From Selaginella moellendorffii (taxonomy: Eukaryota; Plantae; Lycopodiophyta): a stretch of 64,000 nt of DNA. The stretch is from positions 1,331,329 through 1,395,328 of the forward strand of contig NW_003314302.1 of assembly GCF_000143415.4 (NCBI RefSeq), written 5' to 3'. The position numbers and the translations under genes are program-made. Under the pieces are notes generated by a model. That model was not told where the DNA came from. It worked only from the letters and a program-made list of their open reading frames with translations, and ran no database searches. Positions 13,021-26,622 of the stretch are shown here, in pieces (the stretch's first letter is position 1; each line of letters starts with the position of its first letter).

Positions 13021-15633
13021 TAGGGTGCATGAAACAAAAGACCCCACTCTTAGGGAAAATTCATTATAGATTGTGTGCAGTGAGGTAATGCAAGCAACCA
13101 TTCTCACTTTTCAGCTGAGACATTGACTTTAAAAGGATCTGTGACAATTTCAAGTTCAGTATTAGGAGCATTTTGTATTTATCATTTGTATTCATATGAT
13201 TGTTTGATCAGCCTTTTACTTTTTGTTTTGCATGAATCCTAAATTTATTGGTTTAGAACTTTTGACCTTTTTAGTTTGCTTGAGGCATATAATTTTTTAT
13301 TTTTTTCAAAGAGCTGAAACATTTACAGGTTTAATGATTTTTACAATCCATTGATTTTTCCCATGATGACTTGGATGCTAGATCTATGTGATTATTTGGT
13401 ATTCAAGTTTGAAAATTGTGGCATGCAAGGGTCTAATTTAGAACTGAGACTGTTTAAAGGTTTTCTTCATGCCCATTTAGACATGATTGCAATCCAAAGG
13501 CCACTTTCCTATACTTAGTTGGGTATGTAGTTCTAGGATCATAAGATTCATTCAATGAATCAAACAGTAATCATTTCTCAAATACTAGCCTCTCTAGCTC
13601 CACCTCATATGGATGGGGCATTTTAGTGGTGGAAAGTGGGGGGAGTACCCACAAAGTTTTTGGGCCATAATGTTTCAAAATGTTATTCCAAAATTCTTAA
13701 CCATATAAAAGAAAAAGAGTAGTCATCTTGCTTAGTAACTAAGGAAGGTTAGTGGGATTTAGTGGATGGGCTTCAAGCCCTAATTCAGTAATGGTATTGG
13801 TGAGCATTGCTATGGATGCTTATGTGTTTTATTATTAAGTATATTTAGCTTAGCTTTTGCTCTGTTTTGCATTAGTTTGTCAAGAACCTCTGCATATTAA
13901 GACTAATCCCTCAATATCACTACATAATAACTTATCGTATTTGCTAAATATATTAGTTCCATTTGGTGGTTATTTACAAAAAGTGTCTAAATCTACTAGT
14001 TAAACATATTTATAGAATATAAAGATTGTCTTAAATAGAATGGTGTTGCTTTTCCATCTGCAATTTAGCACCATTTTATATTTAATAAGTTTTCATGATT
14101 TTTAAGATTGGGGTGAAAGCTTAAAGTGTGTGTTCCTCAGAGGGGGTAGGTTCCAAATATATAGTAGGGATAGTGAGTAGGTTAAGCATGACCAACTAAC
14201 TTAGTTTTTGGTTGTGTACTTGTCTTTATTTTATGTTTGCCTTGGGTCTAAGTCTAAACTCCATACTATATTAGCTAGAGTACTTATATCCTCACGTTAG
14301 GCTATTGATATGGTGAAATAGTGCCAAAATCTAACTCTGTTTGGCTCCGTTTTAAATGTTGGTTTTAACATTGGGATATTAAATATTCTAGGACTATTCT
14401 AATGTCACTTCATGCTCTTGTCTCTTTACTCCCTAGGTTGTACACTTAGAAGTCATTTAATGCTCTACTATATTTCACTTCTTGGTTACATACTCAAAAG
14501 TTTGGCTCCATCCCTTTGTTTAATGGCCTAAGGCCTTGAAACTTGGGTTTCACTCCACTACCCTTGGCTTATGTGTCCAAAGGTTATAATTCCACTCTGT
14601 GGTAATCTTATAGTAAATCATAAAAACCACATGTATTACATTTTAGGTGTCTAAAGTAAGATTGGACATATGGAACATTTAAACAAAGTGCTCTGTTGGT
14701 GTGGCTTTGAGATCACCTCTAGAGACTAGCAAATTCCCTAAGTCAAAATAAAGATTTATAGAGGTTATGAGTGGGACTCTTCCAAATGGTCAAAAATATC
14801 ATTAAGTGATTAAAGTATAATGGAAAATTTAGCCATTTACAAGTGTATTGAATGGGTTGAGCAAGATATATTAACAGAACTTGGCATGACTATAGTTAAG
14901 GATTCTCTCATCGTAACTACTCCCAACATCACTTAACCAGATAAGGGATAAGTTACTTTTCAAACTCTAGATAAAACTTTAGTGCAATATCAAAAACTCA
15001 TTTAGCAATAGTAGTAGATATAAGACAAGATCCTCAAGAAGCTAAAAGTCTTACGCTTGCTAGATGTTATGCCATCCCATCCCCTCATATTTTGTTCTCA
15101 TTACAAAGCTCACAAACATCCAATTGAGGTGTTTAACTCTCTATCTTGAGCAACAGCCAATATACTTATAACAGCAAGTCCTATAGCAATATGGTCAAGA
15201 CTCAAGATGGTTATGAACAATTTCTACAATTATTGATAGTATGTATACAGCTATTATTAGGAATGCTAAGAGTTATACTTTGGCTACTTAAGCTTCTCAA
15301 GGCTCTATCAACATGATTGATAATCCCTTTTTCACCGAAGATTACTTGTATTCCTTGAGATAGTTATCAACACATTGCTGCCTAAGCTTCATACCATAAA
15401 TTGCATCATAGAATTTGTTAAATAAACCCCTTATTTTCTTAAATTTAATCAAGATATATAATATTTTTTCAATTAATAATATTTTATATCATATTTGCTA
15501 ATATCATCATATTATTTAAATAAATAAGTATATAAACTTTTAACTATGATTAAAACACCATTAGTAACCCATTTCATTATTACTGAGAAAGCTTCTGTAA
15601 AAGTAATTTTTGTATTAATATAAAACTTATATC

Positions 15634-18600
15634 TGTGAGGTTCAATATGTCTACAATGCCATATACTAATACTAATGTAGTGGGATTTTAATAACTGTTA
15701 GATTGGTTTCAATTTAAATTACTCACTCATATATAAAGCTAGGGTTTTTGGGCTAAATCTAACTTTTGCATAGTCAAGAATCTCACTTTCTTTATAGCTT
15801 TTTTAGTTTCTTCTCTTTTTCTTTTGTTCATCTTTATGGTAGAGTAGTAGCTTTAACTTTGGAGTAGTAGTTGGTGCAATTACTCAATGCTTTGTGGTTG
15901 TAATTTAACAATCAAACTCAGTTAATGATAGCATTCATGACGTATGGTACAGCTCCTATTCTTACTACCAATTTTCATGTTCGAGTAAAGTTTTTTTGTA
16001 AGAATTTTAAGGATGATATGTATTATTAGTTTGATCACTTTATGGTGATTACTACTTATCATTCTTGGGATGATACTTGGCATTTATGTGAGTTTCCCAC
16101 GTGTCTCCAAAAAGCGATATTGCAATGGTACAATGGTTTGAGTGTAGTTATTCATGTGGATTGGAGCATTCTCCTAAACATCCTTAAATGCACATTTGGA
16201 CATGTTAACAATTGTGATAATGCCTTACAATAATCACATTATTTTTATCAAAAGCTATATAAATCATTGATGCAATTTGGCATTTACTTCCAAAGCTTTT
16301 TGCTTTGTGCGAAGCATTAGAGTAGATCAAGTTGGGAATGTTATGACTAGCACTTCGTCAAAATCTTGTGGGACATGTGCATATATTTACTCTAACCACC
16401 CTTAATGTTACTCTTTGATTAACATAATATTATGAGAAATCGCCTCTTGCACTTCTTACTATAGATCCTTCAACTCCACTTGTTGTGCAAGATCGTACTA
16501 TTTCAATAGAAACTAATGCTACTACTACTTGTGTATAAAGACAAGAGTGAGGATGTGGTCATGGCTGTGATGTCCATTGTTGAGTATGTAATAAGGTTAA
16601 TTACACATATTGGCATTATTAGTGTTTAGCATCTTCAATTTCTCAAGTGGAAGCCTTGGCATCAATGTTGTTCTATTGGTATTGTTGTAAGAAACAAAGA
16701 GTTGTATGAGTAGTCAAGGGTTTTTGCATAATAAGTTAGTGACCCCTTCATACTTCTTTCAAGAGTATTATCAAGGGGTTCACTCGGCATCAATTTATTT
16801 AGTGTTTACTTTCCAAATTCGTTTTGAGAATAAAAGGCTTCATATTATTTTCTCTTTGTTGGTTGATACAAACTTGAGATTATCTTTTATTGCTCGACTT
16901 ATTATCGCATGTTGCCATCTATAGTTATATCGTGTGGTAGAACTAGTTTTCATTCTTTATGGCAATAGCCAATATATATATGTGCACGGGATGAGATGGA
17001 CTTAATTGTGCGTATGTGAATTTCGAAAGGTTGCGGGTGGTGCTAAGTTAAGCATTCTTGGTATGGATTAGTTGTAATGCAATCATACTAAATGTGACTT
17101 TGAGGCTTCTCCCTCTTATTTTATACTTCCTTATATTTTTTTCAATCCTCTCACTTTTGTTCTCTTTTATTTCTCTTCTTTTACTTTTACTTTCATCACT
17201 TTTGTTTCCTCACGACTTCCTACTGTGTTTCCATCTTGCTCCTCTATTCCCTTTCTAGATCACTCCAATGGTCTTTGTGTCATAGTAGTGGACTAACTCA
17301 AAGAGTATATTAATTTCTTTAACTTTGATATATTGTTTAGGGTTAAGATTGCAACATGTCATTTTATTCTAACTAGGGATGTTCTTCCCATCAAGGGTCT
17401 TGTTTAGCATTAGTCATCAAAGGAGATTAAAATTTTACTCACAAACATCAAGGAGATGTTAGAAAAGGGTGTTATCAAAAAGTAATGAAATCCTTGAGTA
17501 TGTGAACTTCATTTTATGACAAAACTTAATAGGAGTATTTGCTTCTGTATTGACTATCATCTATTAAATGAGATGACTTTCCTAAACATATACCCTCTTC
17601 CTCACACTACTAATGTTTTGGATCATCTAAAAAGAAGTCATTGGTTCATTAAGTTAAATTTTGCTTCTAGGTATTGGCAAGTGCTAATAGCTAAAGAAGA
17701 TGTTCCCAAGACTATTTTTCATACACTATTTGGTTGTATAAATTTGTGGTATTGCTATTCAATTTTAACAATGCTTTAGCCACATTTCAGTGTATGATGG
17801 ACAAAGTTCTTTGCGATAAGCTGAAGATGACTATTAATTTTATTAATGATGTTTTAATCCATTTGAAGGGGACATAAGAGAAGCATATCCATAATGTTCG
17901 TAAAGTGTTAGATTAGCTGGGGAAAGTTAGTTTAAAGTTAAAGCAACTAAAGCGCATGTTTAGGTATAAGGATAAAACTTATCTTGGATACCATATTTCT
18001 TATGAAGGTTTGTAAGTTAATCATAACAAACTTTTGACTATTTTAAAGTTCCTTACTCTGAAGTGTATAAATGATGTGCAATGCTTCTTAGGTAAGGTGT
18101 AATATTTCAGCCGTTTGGTTTATCATCTTTCTGATTATATTGCACTATTGCAAGTGTTATTGAAGTCATCAATGTCGTCTTTCATTTAGTCTATAAACTA
18201 TGAGTGGGCATTTACAGATCTCAAAAAATTAGTGATAACTCGTCTAATTTTAGTATATCCTAACTACATTTGACCTTTTATTTTGAACATGGATGCTTCT
18301 AATATCGATTTTAGAGGTATATTAGTGCAAGAAAGCCTGAGTGTGCCTAAGCAACACCATCCTATCACATATATCAACCATACATTACAACTAATATAGA
18401 TAAACTACTTATAAGCAGAGGGAAAGGGCCCATAAATAAAAGTGCACCTAATTTTCTAATTGGTTAAGGGTCTTAGGATACTTAGGGTTAAATGTCCTTG
18501 CGTTTGGGTGACCTCCCGGGAAGTCCAAACTCAAGATTTTACATTTGGTATTAGAAAAATCTCAAATCCAATTCTATCGATTGGCTAAAAGAATTATACC

Positions 18601-20085
18601 ATATGTTGAAATTGACATCTAGCAGGTCTAGTATGCCCTTGACCTAAGGGGTAGGGTGTCTTACGTAAAGGAGTGTTTAGTAGCAATTTAAATTTTTGAA
18701 AAGCTTCATATATATTTACATGATTCTTAGATATTACTAAAAGTTGATTATATTGTAATTACTTCATTATTGAAGTGGAGGAACTTGATTGTTCATATTA
18801 TTTGGTGGGCCCTAAATCTTTATATACATGATATCAAGGTTATTTATTACCCGAAGAGTTCTATGGCTGATGTTGATACCATTTCTTAAGCTCCTTTCCT
18901 TTCTTCACTCTTTTCTTCTATTTCTGATAAGCCTATTATTTTAGCATTAATGGGTGCTGTCAATAGTTTTTACACATGATATTTAGTGTTTATAAAGTGT
19001 AAAACAAAATTTACTATCTCTTGATGAACTTCATGAAGTTTAAAAAGTTGATTTGTGGATCTAAAGACTTAACTTGCTAGATGGAAGTTGGTGCTCTTGA
19101 TAATGCATTAGTGATTGTTGTTAAGTACTTCTTAATTGAGTGGTGTTTCAACATTTCTATCTTGACTGGATTTTCTTAGATAATAATCCCGCATTTATGG
19201 CTGAGGCATTTCACATTTTAACATCTTGATTGGGGATACACCACACTTTTATAAGTGCTTATCATTCACATACAGATGGTTTGGTGAAATAACTTGTTTA
19301 AACCTTTAAAAGGATGTCACATGTACATGAACTTTTAGTATTTGGATTGGGATGGTTATTTGCCATATTTTTTATATGCATATATTATAGAGGTACAAAG
19401 TTTTATTGGTGCTTTATTATATAAACTCCTATATAGTCATGACTTGATACTACAAATAAAATTAAGTTTACCTTTATGATTACCACGAGTTGTTGATATT
19501 CGGTCTTGGGATCAGTATTTAACAAGCATTATCCCATTTGTTCGAATGGAGTTTATTGAATATTTGGGCTATGTATAAGTGGGTCAAAAATGGCATTACA
19601 ACTCCCATCATCATCTAGGTGTAGAGTACAAAGTGGATAATTTAGTGTTAGTCTATTTTCTCAATTTTATGGTATATGGTTTATGTCAAACACTCTTTGT
19701 TCAATAGAAGGGACCATATTAGGTGTTGTAACAAGTTTTACTGCAAGTTTATGAGGTTTAATATAACATTCAACATGTTGATCCTCCAAAAATTATGCAT
19801 ATGCAACAACTAAAATGCTTCATATAAAGGAATTAGGAACAACTAACACCACTTTTGAGACCCACTAACACCTCCTAATATTCCTCCAAATCGCAGCCCA
19901 TTAGCCAAAGGCCATTACCTTGACTACCTTCTATCTTTTTGAGAGGAAGGGATGATGTGGGATTCAAGTGTATATCTATAATAAAATATATTAATATTAG
20001 AGTAGTGTTGCTTTTATGGTTTTTGGGGCTAATGGATATGTATATTTCTATATTCCACTTCCATATTCCTTACAAGCATATATCA
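15634..20085 (+). mobile_element. Degenerate near-full-length Ty3/Gypsy retrotransposon (family A copy); partial 5' LTR 15634-15755, 3' LTR ~19956-20085
   Basis: gag (LQKAILQWYNGL), RT (ICFCIDYHLLNE..YPLPH..WFIKLNFASRYWQV), RNase H and integrase remnants colinear with 21223-26438; PPT gagaggaagggatga before tgtggg. Confidence 0.85.
18410..18667 (+). mobile_element. Cassandra-like TRIM fragment containing 5S rRNA A-box and C-box sequence, inserted in the Gypsy RNase H region
   Basis: TGGGTGACCTCCCGGGAAGTCC (18505-18526) is identical to plant 5S rRNA; A-box-like GTTAAATGTCCTTG upstream; LTR-like end TTACA at 18539-18543 followed by a degenerate Met PBS TGGTATTAGA; PPT-like AAGGGGTAGGG at ~18646; the host sequence ...cagag|aaggagtgttt is interrupted. 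Confidence 0.65.
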
Positions 20086-20989
20086 AAAAATTTTAAATAT
20101 TTAGTTTATATTTTCTAGTGTGGAGAGTGATGATATTATGCAAGAATATAATTATAATTACTAACTATAACATAAATTTATAAATATTTCTTTTACATAA
20201 CTAGTAATTTATGTAAGAAACATAAACTATTAGTAGGAGTGATTAAGCAAAGTTTAAGTTTTATGATTGAAATCTGAATAGTTTAAATAATAACTAAAAA
20301 CATTTAAATTATTTATATATTAATAATTTGCTGCATAGTGCATGAAACAACACTTGGTTTACTTAATAATAATATAATAATAATTATTTTTAATAATCCA
20401 GTAGATTAATAATTATAAATGTGTTTATAATTTATAAATCAAATATCAATTAAGAACAAATATTAGATGGTAAAATATCCCAAAATATATAAGCATATTT
20501 TATCACTACCATCCTAGTCCCCATACAAATTTTGCTTAAGTAAACCAGAAATAACTTGTTTAGATTGGTATACCATTATTCTTACTAAATGTGAACAATA
20601 TTTTTATTTATAATTGCTTAGATGTGAACTGAGAGAAGGCATCCATGAGTCCTAGAGAGACATCTCAAAGCTGTTCAAATCCATCAAGGATTATTTTTTT
20701 CAGTTGTGGGTATTCCATTAAAAATAATATTAATTATATTTTATTTATGTATAAATTTTATTATTACTTCATGAAGTAAGTGGTATTTAGAGAAACTGTT
20801 TAATGGATAAACTATTTAATGCCTTATAATATTATCTAGAGTATGTTTTTATGATATCATAAATTTAGTATTTAATGAACTACTAGTTTGTTTGTTTCTT
20901 TTCCTCATCCTTATTCATTTTTTCTAGATGTCATATCAAATTAAAATATGGTGTTTAATTAGTAAAAATTATTTTAAAATTGAAATAAA

Positions 20990-21222
20990 TTGAAATACAT
21001 TTAAAAGAATTCAAAAAAATCAAATTAAATTAAATGAAATCAAATGAAGACAAACGAATTAAAACAAATTAAAATGAATTAAAATGAAAAATAGCCATTC
21101 TAGAACCCTAAAATATTGCTCAAAGTATTTCTGGGCCAATTATTTTTTTGGTTTTAATTTGTTTTAAATTTTTTGTCTTCATTTGATAGTTTGAATTCTT
21201 TTGAATTCATTTGAATTTGTTT
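20990..21222. repeat. AT-rich foldback (inverted repeat) element, interrupted by the Gypsy insertion
   Basis: aaaagaattcaaa..atcaaatgaagacaaa..ttaaaacaaattaaaa (21003-21073) is the reverse complement of 21152-21203; the motif resumes at 26439-26465. Confidence 0.65.
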
Positions 21223-24200
21223 TGTGAGTGCTTGGATTATGGAAAGGGAATATAGAAAATGTGTGTATCAATTAGCCCAAAAACCCTAGCTTATATACAA
21301 AAATAAGTGGTCCGGATTGAAATCAGTCCAACAATTACCAAAATCCCACTATGCTAATATTAGTATACAGCATCGTAGTCATACACTTGGCCCTCATATC
21401 ATCCCCTCCTCTCGAAATAATGAACACCATTAGGGTTCTCTTGTAGACGGGCCGGGATCAAAAGGAACGTCAGGAGGAGGCATTGGCAGATTTATAAGTG
21501 GTATTAACTGCTTTTGATCCCTTTATATGAAGTGTTTCAACCATTGCATATGCACAATCTTTAGAGAATTGGCCTGCTGGATGTCATGCCAAACTTCATA
21601 ATCTTGTGGTCCAACTTGTCGCAACACTCGATACAGTCCTTTCCACTGTGCAAAGAGCCCCTTAGATAAACTTTATACTGTAAGATAGGAAAAACGGACT
21701 AACACTAAATCATCTACTTTATACTCTGTAGGTGGATGATTATGGGAGTTGTAGCGCCGTTGTTGTCCCACTTGTACGTGGCCTAAGTGTTTGGCAGACT
21801 CTGCTTGGACAAGTGGAAGAATGCTCATCAAATACTAATCCCATGACTTAGCATCGGCCACTTATGGCAATCACGAAAGTAAAACCTAGCTCCGTTGGTA
21901 ATATTGGATTATGACCATATAGGAGTTTATATGGTGAAGCACTAATAAAACTTTGCACCCCTATGACATATGCATACTGAAAAGACGGCAAATAACCATC
22001 CCAATTCGAATGCTGAAACTTCACATACTTCACAATCATCCCTTTGAATGTCCGAACGAGCCATTCCACCAGACCGTCTGATTGTGGATGATAAACACTT
22101 GTGAAAGTGTGGTGTATCCCCAACTGAGATGTCAAAACATGAAATGCCTCAGCTATAAATGCGGGACCATTATCTGAAAGAATCCGCTTTGGACAAGAAT
22201 GCTGAAACACCACTTGATTGAGGAGGAAGTATCCGACAGCAGTTGCGAGGCGCTAACAAGAGCACCAACTTCCACCCAACAAGTCAAGTAGTTAGAAGCA
22301 ATAATAACATATTCATTGCTAGCAGTCGACTGTGGAAAAGGTCCTATAAGATCAAACGCTACCAACTCAAACGGACGGGAAACGTCAAAACATGAAATGC
22401 CTCAGCTATAAATGCGGGACCATTATCCGAAAGAATCTGCTTTGGACAAGAATGCTGAAACACCACTTGATTGAGGAGGAAGTATCCGACAGCAGTTGCG
22501 AGGCACTAACAAGAGCACCAATTTCCACCCAACAAGTCAAGTAGTCAGAAGCAATAATAACATATTCATTGCTAGCAGTCGACTGTGGAAAAGGTCCTAT
22601 AACATCAAACGCTACCAACTCAAACGGACGGGAAACTACAATTGACTCCAACCATCTTTGCACGAAGGGAAGTATTACGAGCTTGGCACCAAATGCAACT
22701 ACGCACATACCAAATAATATCACATTGCATCTCTAGCCAATAGAAAAACCTATGTAACTTCTCGATTACACAATGATGTCCCATATGCCTACCTAGAACA
22801 GAAGAATCATGGTAGGCATGGAGAAACCACAGAATAAAGACAAAAGGCACCACCAATTGTAAATAATCATCATGATCTGTCCCCACAAAATAAAGAAGGC
22901 CATCTTCAAGGTGATATTGAGAATATAAATGCCGGAAAGGCAAGTCATCAGCAAGTGATGCAAGATTCTCAAACCCATCTCGAAGCCTTTGAATCCACAG
23001 CTCAATCTTTTGAGCTTCGTGAATGTCATCAAGAGAAGGTAGATCTTGCTCTACGCCTTGTGGACACTGAACATCAAGTACAACAACCACCGACGGCACA
23101 GAACCCTCATCTAGAAAATCCACAAATGCTGGAACAACAAGCTCGTCAGAAACATGAGAAGAGAGTGGAGAAGGAAGAGGAACTCGAGAAAGGGCATCAG
23201 CATCAGCCATAGAACTCCCTAGGCGATAAATAACATCAAAATCATATATCTGAAGCTTCAAAGCCCATCGAGTAGTATGACCAACCAGGTTCTTCCACTT
23301 CAATAATGAAGTAACAGTAGCATAGTCACCTTCAAGTAACATTCGAGAACCATGTAGATATGCATGAAGTTTCTCGAAACCCCAGCTACTACTAAACACT
23401 CCTTCTCTGTCGTGGAGTAGTTCATCTCCATTGGTTGTAATGTATAGCTTATATACGCAATAAGATGGTGCTAACTAAGCACACACGAGCTCTCTTGTAT
23501 CAACACACATCTAAGATCAATGTCAGAAGCATCCACGCACAAAATAAAAGGTCGAGTGTAGTTAGGATATGTCAAAACTGGAGTTGTCAATAGCTCTTTG
23601 AGATCCAAGAATGCTCGCTAACAATCCGGAGACCAGATGAAAAATGACGTTGATGACTTCAGCAATCCTCGCAATAGTGCAGTGCAATCAAAAAAATGAT
23701 CCACAAAACAACTGAGATACTGCACTTTGCCCAAGAAGCGTTACATATCATTCACACACTTCGGAGTAAGGAACTTTAGAATAGCCACAAGTTTGTCAGG
23801 ATCAACGAGAAATACAGTACCCAAAATAAGTTGTGTCCTTGGACCCAAACATGCACTTTGACCACTTCAGCTTTAAACCAACGTTGCGTATCTAATCCAA
23901 CACTTTATAAACATCACAAACGTGCTCCTCCCACGTCTCCTCCGAGTTGATCAAGACATCATCAATGAAGTCAACAGTCACCTTCGGCATATCACAAAGA
24001 ACCTTGTCCATCATTTTCTGGAAAGTTATTGGAGCATTATTCAAACCAAACGGCATCACCAATAACTCATACAAACCAAATGGTGTACAAAAAGCAGTCT
24101 TAGGGATATCTTCTTCTGCCATTGGTACTTGCCAGTACCCAGAAGCAAGATCTAGCTTGGTGAACTAACGACTTCGCCCTAGATGATTTAAGAGATCAGC

Positions 24201-26438
24201 AATGTGAGGAAGAGGGTACATATCTCGGACTGTCACTTCGTTTAACGGATAATAGTCGATGCAGAAACGAATACTCTCATCAGGCTTCGTCACAAGATGG
24301 GGTTCACATGCCCGAGGACTTTGTGACTTCCGACATCTCCTTGACATTTGCTTGCAAAATTTTGATCTCCTTGGGTGACCAATGACGAACAAAAACCTTA
24401 ATTAGACGAACATCCCTAGTTGGAATTGGATGATGTGTGGCAATCTTGGCCCCAAATAATTGGTCAAATTCAAAGAAATCAGAATACTCATTCATGATCT
24501 GGTCAACCATTGCAACACAAAAATTGCCAAAGGGATTAGAAAAGGGAATAGCAGAACAAAACGGAAACATAGGAGGAAATAGTGGGGGAACAAAAGCAAT
24601 GGGAGTAAAGGTAGAAGTAGAGGGATGAAGAGGTATGGAAATGAGAGGAATTGATGAAACATAAGGAAGTATAAGACAGGGGGGAGAAGCCTCAAAGTCA
24701 CATTTGACATGATTGCACTACAACTAATCCATACTAAGAATGATATCAAAAGCTTGACTCGGCATCACCTGGAATGACTACAACTCAAGCTCGAGATCAC
24801 CCACATGCACAACCAGGTCCACCTCATCCCATGCACATACATGTGTACAGCTGTTGCTATAAAGAATGAAAACTAATTCCGCCGCACGACGCAAATGTAA
24901 ACGGCAATGTGTGGCAATAGGTCAAGCAATAGAAGATAAACTTGAACTTGTATCAACCAACACAGAGAGAATAATAGGAGACCTCTTGTTATAAAAACAA
25001 GATTAGAAAATAAACATTGGATGAACCGGTGCCAAGTGAACCCCTTGATGATACTCCTGAAATAAAGATGGAAGGGTCACTAACTTATTCACGCAAGGTC
25101 CCTCCGTTACTCATGTGACTCCTTGTTTCCCAGTTGCATTTTAGTGTAGACTTTCCATTGCAGTAGCACCAATGGGACGTTGCTGACGCCAAGGTCTCCA
25201 CCTAGGAAATGGAAGTCACCAATCTGGAAAACGCCGACAACGCTAATAAGTATGACCAACTTCATCACACGCCCAGCAGCGAACATCACAACCATGACCA
25301 CATCCTCGCCCTTGTCCTTGAACTCGAGCAGCAGTAGCATCAACCTCCATTGGAACATGACCATCACTTATAGAAAGTGGCACTGAAGGATGTGTAGCAA
25401 GAAGTGGAAAAGGCGACGTCTCATAATGTTGTGCTAAACGAAAAGCATCGTCAAGGGTGGCAAGAGCAAGTACATGCACAAGTCCGACAAGATCTTGATG
25501 AAGTGCTGGCCACAACATTCTGAGCTTGATCCGCTCTGACATATTTAGCTTTGCATAAAGCAAAAAACTTCGGAAACAAATGCCAAATTGCATCACTGAC
25601 TCAGATGGCTCTTGGCGAAGACGATGCAATTGTTGGAAGGCATCATCATAGTTGTTGGCATGTCCGAAGGCGCGTTTGAAGACGTCCAGGAGAACATTCT
25701 AATCCCCACGAGTGGCTGCGCTCAAACCATTGTACCACTGCAACGCCGTCCTTTGGAGACATGTGGGAAACTCACGCAAACGTCAAACATCATCCTAAAC
25801 ATGATATGTGGCAATCATCGTGAAGTGATTGAACCAATAGTACACATCATCCCCAGGATTCCTGTGAAAGAACTCCAGTCGAACGCAAGGATTGGCACCA
25901 AGAGCAAGAGGAGTTATACCACGTGCCATGAATGCTGCAATCAACTAAGTTTGGTTGTTCAATTGCAAGCACATAACATCAAGGAATTGTATCAATTATT
26001 GCTCCAAAGTCAAAAGAGGAGATTGCTAATCTACCATGAAGATGAACGAAAAAGAAAAAGCAAAAGAAGATAAATGACAAAAAGCTAGAAGGAAATGGTA
26101 GATCTAGACAATGCAAAAAGTTAAATCTAAACCAAAATCTTGAAAGGAAAAAACAAAAGAAAGGAAATGAAAAAAACTAAATCTAGACGATACAAAAGCT
26201 AGATTTAAACCAAAATTTTAAATCCAAGCACTCCTCAGGGACAATCAAAAGTGCCCCTCACCTCCACCAATATAAGTGTTTGGAATATGGAAAAGGAATA
26301 CAAAAAATGTGCATATCTAAAAACTCTAGTTTATATATAAAAATGAGTGGTCCGAATTGAAACCAAGTCGATTGTTACCAAAATCCCACTATACTAATAT
26401 TAATATATAATATTGTAACTGTACACTTGGCCCTCACA
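21223..26438 (-). mobile_element. Full-length but mutated Ty3/Gypsy LTR retrotransposon (family A); LTRs 26271-26438 and 21223-21398, PBS 26252-26269, PPT 21399-21414; gag-PR-RT-RH-INT, no chromodomain seen
   Basis: Both LTRs TGTGAGGGCC...GCACT(C/T)A(C/T)A; gag with VPMEVD and CWACDEVGH knuckle; LVDTSS protease; [14 protein letters not shown] and FIDDVL in RT; ILSDNGP and YHPQSDGLVE in integrase; several stops. Confidence 0.93.
22131..22636. repeat. 253-bp tandem duplication inside the integrase
   Basis: Units 22131-22383 and 22384-22636 are nearly identical, both starting GTCAAAACATGAAATGCCTCAG. Confidence 0.92.
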
Positions 26439-26622
26439 ATTTTAATTTATTTGTCTTCATTTATAACTCACTTTTATCTTGGGAAAATCTAAAACCAAAA
26501 GTTTAAAAGAGTAAATCAGTGACAATCTTAACAAGGTTGTACTGCTTAGAGACCATGCGGAGTAAAAACCAGCAAAGATAGCCAAGGCACCAGAATATTC
26601 GACATATGCTTGGCTAGGGTTT

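Noticed and set aside
13500-15420. Possible LTR and retroelement remnants (13624-13676 resembles 45599-45657)
   Set aside because: Too decayed to delimit or classify
18485-18526. Functional 5S rRNA gene
   Set aside because: Only the A-box and C-box pieces match; the 5' half, the intermediate element and the 3' end are missing
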